The notes under the pieces: generated by a model
Seen by the model: only the letters and a program-made list of their open reading frames with translations
Databases searched by the model: none
What the model was told of the DNA's origin: nothing
Position numbers and translations under genes: made by a program
Assembly (NCBI GenBank): GCA_964624665.1
Contig: CAZUZG010000002.1
Location: forward strand, 1-60,690
DNA length: 60,690 nucleotides
Source: an uncultured Candidatus Saccharibacteria bacterium
GTDB taxonomy: Bacteria > Patescibacteriota > Minisyncoccia > Phycocordibacterales > UBA9973
Direction of reading: 5' to 3'
Shown here: positions 54,610 to 60,690 of the stretch, in pieces
Position numbering within the stretch: position 1 is the stretch's first letter
Layout: the number at the start of each line of letters is the position of its first letter

Positions 54610-54963
54610 GGCAATGCGCAGTATAAGGTGGGTGGGTTGGCTATAGGTGAAGGTGTCAGCGTAGCTCCTTTGGTTAATAATTCGGCCAGTCTTGTTGTCG
54701 GCGGTCTCAGCGCGGCTCAAAGTTTTGTCGCTCAAGCAAATGCCATTGCGGCGGACCATTATACTGTCGGTCCGAATAGCGCTATTTATGCCGATATTGG
54801 ATCAGGCGGTTTTGACATAGAAGCTTCTGTTGCAGGCAATGATAGTTTGTTGCTTTCATCTAACCTTGATCAAGCCCACAATCCGGGTGCGACTTATCCG
54901 GCCCGTCTTTGCGCCGACGGCCAAGGCGGGATCGTTTTGTGTCCAGATAACCAAGTTCAGTAA
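54472..54963 (+). CDS. secreted paralogue 2 (163 aa)
   Basis: The first 46 residues are the same as in paralogue 1. The body diverges and ends LCADGQGGIVLCPDNQVQ. Start is set at ATG 54472. Confidence 0.6.
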   Translation: MKNYIQSIKIIILGSIIAGGFGLASAWVVPATTPPGGNVPAPINVSGNAQYKVGGLAIGEGVSVAPLVNNSASLVVGGLSAAQSFVAQANAIAADHYTVGPNSAIYADIGSGGFDIEASVAGNDSLLLSSNLDQAHNPGATYPARLCADGQGGIVLCPDNQVQ

Positions 54964-54977
54964 GTTTCATAAATAGA

Positions 54978-55745
54978 ATGAAGCAAAATAAAAAAATAAT
55001 TGTTGCCAACTGGAAAATGAACCCGGAAAAAGAAACCGGGGCTATTGTTTTAGCTAAAGCTCTAAATAAGAAAAATGTCATCATTTGCCCGCCATTTGTT
55101 TATTTGTCCGCCGTTTCAAAAATACTGAAAAGCAAAAATTCAAAAACAAAGGCTGTTTTAGGCGCGCAAAATTTTTTTACTGAAAACAGTGGATCTTATA
55201 CCGGACAGATTTCTATTGGAATGCTAAAAAATTTCGGCGTGAAATTTGTAATTTTAGGCCATTCGGAAAACAGAATAACGGGGGAATCTAGCGAATATGT
55301 AAATTTAAAAATAAAAAGCGCTTTGAAAGCCGGCATTACGCCCATTGTTTGCATCGGCGAAAAATCCAGAGATGAGCAGATGTCTTATTTGAATTTCGTC
55401 AGTGATCAGATTAAGGAAACTTTTTCTGGTATTTCAAAAAATAATATGAATAAAATCATCATCGCTTATGAACCGATCTGGGCCATCGGCAAGAATGCCG
55501 ACCGCGAAGCCACTCCGGAAGAATCAAATGAAATGATGATCTTTATCAAGAAAGTTTTGAGCGACATGTTTGGCTTGGTGAATATTAAAAAAATCAGAAT
55601 TTTATATGGCGGTTCGGTTGGCCCAAAAAATGCCGCTTTATTTTTGAAAAATGGCGGAGCCGACGGCCTTTTGGTCGGCCGGGCGTCCTTGGATCCGAAG
55701 AAATTTAATGAAATAGTTTATATGGCTGAAAATGCAATCAATTAA
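54978..55745 (+). CDS. tpiA: triosephosphate isomerase
   Basis: VANWKMN, ILGHSE.R, AYEPIWAIG and YGGSV motifs. Confidence 0.95.
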   Translation: MKQNKKIIVANWKMNPEKETGAIVLAKALNKKNVIICPPFVYLSAVSKILKSKNSKTKAVLGAQNFFTENSGSYTGQISIGMLKNFGVKFVILGHSENRITGESSEYVNLKIKSALKAGITPIVCIGEKSRDEQMSYLNFVSDQIKETFSGISKNNMNKIIIAYEPIWAIGKNADREATPEESNEMMIFIKKVLSDMFGLVNIKKIRILYGGSVGPKNAALFLKNGGADGLLVGRASLDPKKFNEIVYMAENAIN

Positions 55746-56868
55746 AAAATTAAAAAATTTAAAGAATAAAAAAGTTATTGTCAGGGTTGATTTTAATGTG
55801 CCGATCAGAAACGGCAAGATTTTGGATGATTATCGAATCAAGAAAGCTCTGCCGACGATAAATTTTTTGCGGAAAAAAGGCGCCAAGATTATTTTAATTT
55901 CGCATTTGGGCGACGAGAGCGGACGGACATTAAAACCGGTTGCGACATATCTCAATAAATTTTTCAAAGTCGATTTTTGTCCGCTCGATCAAAATCCAAA
56001 ATTAGAATCGAGTAATGTGGTTTTGCTCGAGAATTTAAGAATAAATATGGGTGAAGAAAAAAACAATATTTCTTTTGCCAAGAAATTGGCTTCATATGCC
56101 GATATATATGTGAATGAAGCTTTTTCTGTTTGCCATAGGAAACATGCTTCGATCGTCAGCCTGCCGAAATATTTGCCGAGCTATGCCGGACTGCAATTGG
56201 AAGAAGAAATAAAAAATTTGAAGTCCGTGCTTATTAAACCGTTAAAACCATTTTTGTTTATATTGGGCGGCGCCAAGTTTGAAACCAAAATTCCGCTTAT
56301 CAATAAATTCATAGGCCACGCTTCAAAGGACGGTGCGCGACATGATCTCGCTAGATCAGCCGATCAGGTTTTTATTGGTGGCGCCCTAGCCAATAATTTT
56401 TTCAAAGAGCGGGGTTGGGAGATAGGGCAATCTTTAGTTGACGAGAAAAATTTCGGCTTGAAGAAAATTTTAAGAAATGAAAAACTGATTCTGCCGATCG
56501 ATGTTTTGGTTTTCAAGAATAAAAAAAGTTTTATTAAAAAGCCATATGAAGTAGCTGAAGATGAATATATTGCCGACATCGGGCCGGAATCGGTCGCTTT
56601 GGCGGAATCTCTGATGAAAAAAGCCAAGATGATTCTTTGGAACGGGCCGATGGGCAATTATGAGCAGGGATTTGGTCGGGCGACTGAAGACATGTTGAAA
56701 GTCATGGCTAAAGTAAAAGGCAAGACGATTGTTGGCGGCGGGGATACCGTAGCCCTTATTTCAAAATTGAAGCTCGAAAATAAATTGACCTTTGTCTCGA
56801 CCGGCGGCGGCGCAACTTTGGAATTTTTAGCCAGAGGTACTTTGCCTGGAATTGAAGTTCTAAATTAA
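55732..56868 (+). CDS. pgk: phosphoglycerate kinase
   Basis: VRVDFNVP, ISHLG, LENLR, GGAKF..KI and STGGGA motifs. Overlaps tpiA by 14 nt. Confidence 0.95.
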   Translation: MQSIKKLKNLKNKKVIVRVDFNVPIRNGKILDDYRIKKALPTINFLRKKGAKIILISHLGDESGRTLKPVATYLNKFFKVDFCPLDQNPKLESSNVVLLENLRINMGEEKNNISFAKKLASYADIYVNEAFSVCHRKHASIVSLPKYLPSYAGLQLEEEIKNLKSVLIKPLKPFLFILGGAKFETKIPLINKFIGHASKDGARHDLARSADQVFIGGALANNFFKERGWEIGQSLVDEKNFGLKKILRNEKLILPIDVLVFKNKKSFIKKPYEVAEDEYIADIGPESVALAESLMKKAKMILWNGPMGNYEQGFGRATEDMLKVMAKVKGKTIVGGGDTVALISKLKLENKLTFVSTGGGATLEFLARGTLPGIEVLN

Positions 56869-56981
56869 ACCTGAGTATTTCTCTGGGTACGGATTTTTTG
56901 AAGCTTAAAAAATCCTGAAGTTTTCGTGTCGACACGCTCAAAACCCCCTCCGAAAAACTAGGTTTAATTAGATTATGAAAA

Positions 56982-57083
56982 TTTGAATTTATTCTTTCGA
57001 AGACATTGCACGGGTCGACTGAACCGAGTATGGTAAATTTTCAGCAGAAAATTATACGCGTTTGAGAAACAATAGAATTCAAA
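56982..57083 (-). repeat. 102-nt structured intergenic element, copy C (inverted orientation)
   Basis: The reverse complement reads tttgaattctatt...gcgtataattttctgctgaaaatttaccatactcggttcagtcgacccgtgcaatgtct...aataaattcaaa. Located between convergent pgk and the HIT gene. Confidence 0.6.
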
Positions 57084-57089
57084 TTGTAA

Positions 57090-57770
<681 letters not shown>

Positions 57771-57800
57771 AACCTGTAAGGTACCCAGGGACCAGTGTTA

Positions 57801-58262
57801 TTATTTTAATTCAGCCATGCCAAATCCGACATGGAAAGATCGGCACCAAACCCAAACTTCATTGTAATCATTAATATTTATTGATGAAGGCAATTCATAG
57901 TTTTGGGAACCAATGTTGCCTTTAAGTTCCGCTATTTTGGCATTTGAATAATATTGACCGCCCTTACCGAGATAAACTAATAAATCAGGACCATTCGTGA
58001 TTTTGAAATCATTTTCAAAGCGGATTATGTATTTATCTCCAGATTTGATTAAGTCAGCAGTACCCTCCGCATGATGGCCGGATACTCCAGTAAATTGTCC
58101 TGAATGGATAGTTTCAATCACTTGCTGACCTTGTCCTTTGTCGGGTTGTATGGAATCTATGCTCTCATTCACTCTTATATTTCTAAAAATGGGCGAAATA
58201 AGCCAATAAGCGAGTGATAAAGCAGTTACGCCTATAAGTATATAAATTATCTTCTTTTTCAC
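57801..58262 (-). CDS. DM13-domain protein with N-terminal anchor
   Basis: TM/signal segment, then GQFTGVSGHHAEGTADLI...FENDFKITNGPDLLVYL...WVWCRSFHVGFG, which is the typical DM13 pattern. Confidence 0.75.
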   Translation of the reverse strand: MKKKIIYILIGVTALSLAYWLISPIFRNIRVNESIDSIQPDKGQGQQVIETIHSGQFTGVSGHHAEGTADLIKSGDKYIIRFENDFKITNGPDLLVYLGKGGQYYSNAKIAELKGNIGSQNYELPSSININDYNEVWVWCRSFHVGFGMAELK

Positions 58263-58316
58263 TCATAAATTATAACATACATTTCTTTTAAGGAAATTTA
58301 TTTGATAAGTGTTATA

Positions 58317-58775
58317 ATGGATTTAATGCATTTATTTCACAAAAAGACATTAAATTACGACTATATCACCGATGGGATTTTTATCGGCACTAATCAGTGC
58401 TGTACAATGGGTCTTTCAAATATGCTCAAAAGAGAAGGTGTAACAGCGGAAATTTCACTTGAAGAAGAAAGATTGGATCAGCCTTTCGGAGTCGAGGAGT
58501 ATGTGTGGATTCCAGTGCGAAACAATACGCCTCCCAGCTCGGATCAATTATCTTTTGGTGTGTCAGTGTTGGAAAAATTAGTCACTCAAAAAAAGAAAGT
58601 TTTTGTTCATTGTCGGAACGGCCACGGTCGTGCTCCAACTTTGGTTTCAGCATATTTGATTAAAAAAGGAATGAGTCCGAAAGAAGCTGTTGAATTTGTG
58701 AAATCCAAGCGGCCTGTTGTGCATCTTGAAGATAGTCAGATGCTTGCGCTTGAAAATTATGCTGGATCTTTATAG
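58317..58775 (+). CDS. dual-specificity protein phosphatase
   Basis: Active-site loop VHCRNGHGRAPT (HC.....R). Start is set at ATG 58317. Confidence 0.8.
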   Translation: MDLMHLFHKKTLNYDYITDGIFIGTNQCCTMGLSNMLKREGVTAEISLEEERLDQPFGVEEYVWIPVRNNTPPSSDQLSFGVSVLEKLVTQKKKVFVHCRNGHGRAPTLVSAYLIKKGMSPKEAVEFVKSKRPVVHLEDSQMLALENYAGSL

Positions 58776-58818
58776 TTCAGGTGGATTTTATTAAAATTAA
58801 TATCTAAATACAAAATTT

Positions 58819-59193
58819 ATGGAAAATTTTAAGGTAATTACTCACGAAGAATTAAAAAAGAAAATAGACAATAAGGAAAATTTCGCCTTGATTGATACAT
58901 TGGGGCAATTTTCTTATGATCGAGCACATTTACCTAGGGCGGTAATGATTGATGCCCATCAAAGTGATTTTGTTGTCCAAGTGGAGAAAATGTTTCCAGA
59001 TAAGAATCAAGAAATTGTCGTTTACTGCGCCAGTTTTTCTTGTCCACTCTCTGGCGAGGCAGCCAATAGATTAGCCCTAGCGGGTTATAAAAATGTTTAC
59101 GCTTTTGAGGGAGGACTCATGGATTGGGCTCAGGCAGGCTATGATTTGGAAGGCAATCAAGGAAAGGAAATGAAAGAGAAATGGAGTAAATAG
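58819..59193 (+). CDS. rhodanese-domain protein
   Basis: Single rhodanese fold: LIDTLG...AHLPRA, active-site loop VVYCASFSC, and GGLMDWAQAGY. Confidence 0.85.
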   Translation: MENFKVITHEELKKKIDNKENFALIDTLGQFSYDRAHLPRAVMIDAHQSDFVVQVEKMFPDKNQEIVVYCASFSCPLSGEAANRLALAGYKNVYAFEGGLMDWAQAGYDLEGNQGKEMKEKWSK

Positions 59194-59199
59194 TCTTTC

Positions 59200-59589
59200 T
59201 TACTTAATTAAACTCATTCGAACATCGTCCCAAGTTCGGAGCATCATAGAAAAAGCAGGCGAGAAATCGTCTGTTTTTTCATTTAAGCCTTGTGGAGCAA
59301 CGCAGAATCTAGGTTCGAACTTTGGAAATTCTGACTTTATACGTTTTATGCCTTCAATTAAAGTATCTATTGATTTATTGCAGTGAATACTAAGTATTTC
59401 ATCATTCCATACTAGGTTCGAACCAGCTTGAGAAAGAATACTTCTTTTTGATTCGTTAGTCCCATCTTCCATAACTTCATTTATTTTTTGTATAACATCT
59501 GTTATCTCAATCATCCCTGTGTACCAGTTGTTATTATCTTCAATTTTATTTTGAGTATCCCCGTATTCGGGGATTTCCATCACAAACAA
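59200..59589 (-). CDS. hypothetical protein, possibly the C-terminal remnant of a large serine recombinase
   Basis: ESKRSILSQAGSNLVWNDEILSI......FEPR......MLRTWDDVR resembles, from memory only, the tail region of large serine recombinases. No catalytic domain is present. Confidence 0.35.
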   Translation of the reverse strand: MFVMEIPEYGDTQNKIEDNNNWYTGMIEITDVIQKINEVMEDGTNESKRSILSQAGSNLVWNDEILSIHCNKSIDTLIEGIKRIKSEFPKFEPRFCVAPQGLNEKTDDFSPAFSMMLRTWDDVRMSLIK

Positions 59590-59701
59590 TACATTAAAAT
59601 CATTTACAAATCAATGATTGGGTACTTTGTGAAGGTTATAGGGGATAAGAGAAATAAAAAAAGCCCTCACATTTTTGTGGGGCTTTTTGATAAAAGACTT
59701 T

Positions 59702-60100
59702 TTACAATTCTTTTATTTTGGAAAAAACAGGAGAACCTATTTTTTCGTTCCATGCATAAGCTTTTACAAATTTTAACGGCTGATTTTTGTTTTCTTTAAT
59801 GAAGAAAACAGCGTGACCTCTTTTGTTTTTAATATGTCGAGTCGTTCGCAATTTATTATTTGTAATATCTTTACCATTAATAAAATAGTTCTCTGTCAGA
59901 TCTAAATTTTTATTAGCATCATATCCAGTTAGTACTAATTGAGTTTTCGGATTAATATTACCACTGTAATTTACAACAATAGCAATTAAGCCACTGTTCA
60001 TTTTAATGACCCTATCAACTTTAACTTCTAAGCTCGGTTTGCCATGGGTTAGTGATTGGATCGCAATAGCTGCTAAAAATAAAAGAATTATCTTTTTCAT
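59702..60100 (-). CDS. secreted hypothetical protein
   Basis: Signal peptide MKKIILLFLAAIAIQSLTHG counted from ATG 60100. A terminator-like hairpin lies at about 59661-59692. Confidence 0.5.
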   Translation of the reverse strand: MKKIILLFLAAIAIQSLTHGKPSLEVKVDRVIKMNSGLIAIVVNYSGNINPKTQLVLTGYDANKNLDLTENYFINGKDITNNKLRTTRHIKNKRGHAVFFIKENKNQPLKFVKAYAWNEKIGSPVFSKIKEL

Positions 60101-60266
60101 GGTTTTTAGTTTTAATTGGTTACCACAAACCCCAGTAGATAGGACTTCTGACAACCAATCAAAACCATTTCAAGGTACTTTAAACTAACCAAAGCATAGC
60201 ATATATCTATTGACAAGTCAAGTATATTGTGATACACTTCAAACGTAATAAAGTTCATTAAAAATA

Positions 60267-60617
60267 TTGGTTTTTAGGCTAGATTTGTTTGAATCACTTT
60301 GTATTTCCGATATGGAATTTAGGGTAATTCAAATAAATCATAAACAAGTTAAAACTAAACCCATGGAAAAGATTGCCAATGAATTAAAATCTGAAATAAT
60401 TAACCACCTTACCGGAATATCAAATCAAGATGTGTCTGTACCTATTACAGGTCATAAAGATATTTCTGTTAAGGATTTAATTAATGAAGTAAAAAATGAA
60501 TCCCCAATAGCAATCGCGTATGCGTGCGAATATGTTGAAACTATTTCATTGATCAAAAAAGCAAGAGAAGAGAAGACTAGTAAAAGATGGTCTTTAAAAA
60601 ACTTGTTTAATCGCTAG
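60267..60617 (+). CDS. hypothetical protein (start uncertain)
   Basis: The ORF starts at a TTG. In-frame ATGs give MEFRV... or MEKIANE.... It is followed by a terminator. Confidence 0.4.
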   Translation: MVFRLDLFESLCISDMEFRVIQINHKQVKTKPMEKIANELKSEIINHLTGISNQDVSVPITGHKDISVKDLINEVKNESPIAIAYACEYVETISLIKKAREEKTSKRWSLKNLFNR

Positions 60618-60635
60618 TCAAAAAACTGTGTAAAC

Positions 60636-60666
60636 AAAAAAGCGTCCCGATTTTGGGGCGCTTTAA
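60636..60666 (+). terminator. intrinsic terminator
   Basis: aaaaagcgtccc-gatttt-ggggcgcttt. Confidence 0.6.
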
Positions 60667-60690
60667 AATTTAATTTTATGCTGGTATTTT

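Overview
This is an AT-rich, very gene-dense chromosomal segment. Its gene content and architecture resemble a Candidate Phyla Radiation / Patescibacteria (Parcubacteria-like) genome, and it uses the standard code (TGA is a stop, e.g. at rnpA).

The window spans the replication-origin neighbourhood. dnaN-dnaA lie on the minus strand, with DnaA boxes in their spacer. rpmH-rnpA-yidC-jag run divergently on the plus strand.

Recognisable housekeeping genes are ruvB (3' end), ruvC, tyrS, a class A PBP, rsmA, pcrA, a LysM/M23 peptidase, comM, a DksA/TraR zinc-finger protein, an NYN protein, rpsO, a Xer-type recombinase, nusA, ppa, tig, clpP, rny, a TrmB-type regulator, hup, yraN, cca, xth, tpiA, pgk and a HIT protein. 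There are four tRNA genes (Gly-UCC, Pro-UGG, Gly-GCC, Arg-UCG), none with an encoded CCA end.

Notable content:
1. A 16.7-kb, 13-gene minus-strand cluster (10815-27486) sits directly behind pcrA-rsmA. It encodes VirB4, a PrgI/VirB3-like protein, a giant VirB6-like polytopic protein, a pilin-like fusion protein and eight orphan secreted or membrane proteins. No relaxase, coupling protein or integrase is present.
2. A 4.3-kb plus-strand cluster (50729-54963) encodes secreted proteins with shared N- and C-terminal motifs, a perfect 147-bp direct repeat, (GGC)n tracts and a glycine-rich domain.
3. A 102-nt intergenic element occurs three times, with a conserved core and compensatory changes in at least three stems. 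It is a candidate structured RNA.
4. A 64-68-nt near-perfect palindrome is inserted in-frame in pcrA, and there are smaller GC-rich in-frame extras in xth and pgk.
5. The right end (57.5-60.7 kb) looks like a decayed accessory region, with a 5'-truncated PEBP gene and a possible recombinase tail.

All calls come from reading the translated ORFs and the sequence by eye. No database search was run.
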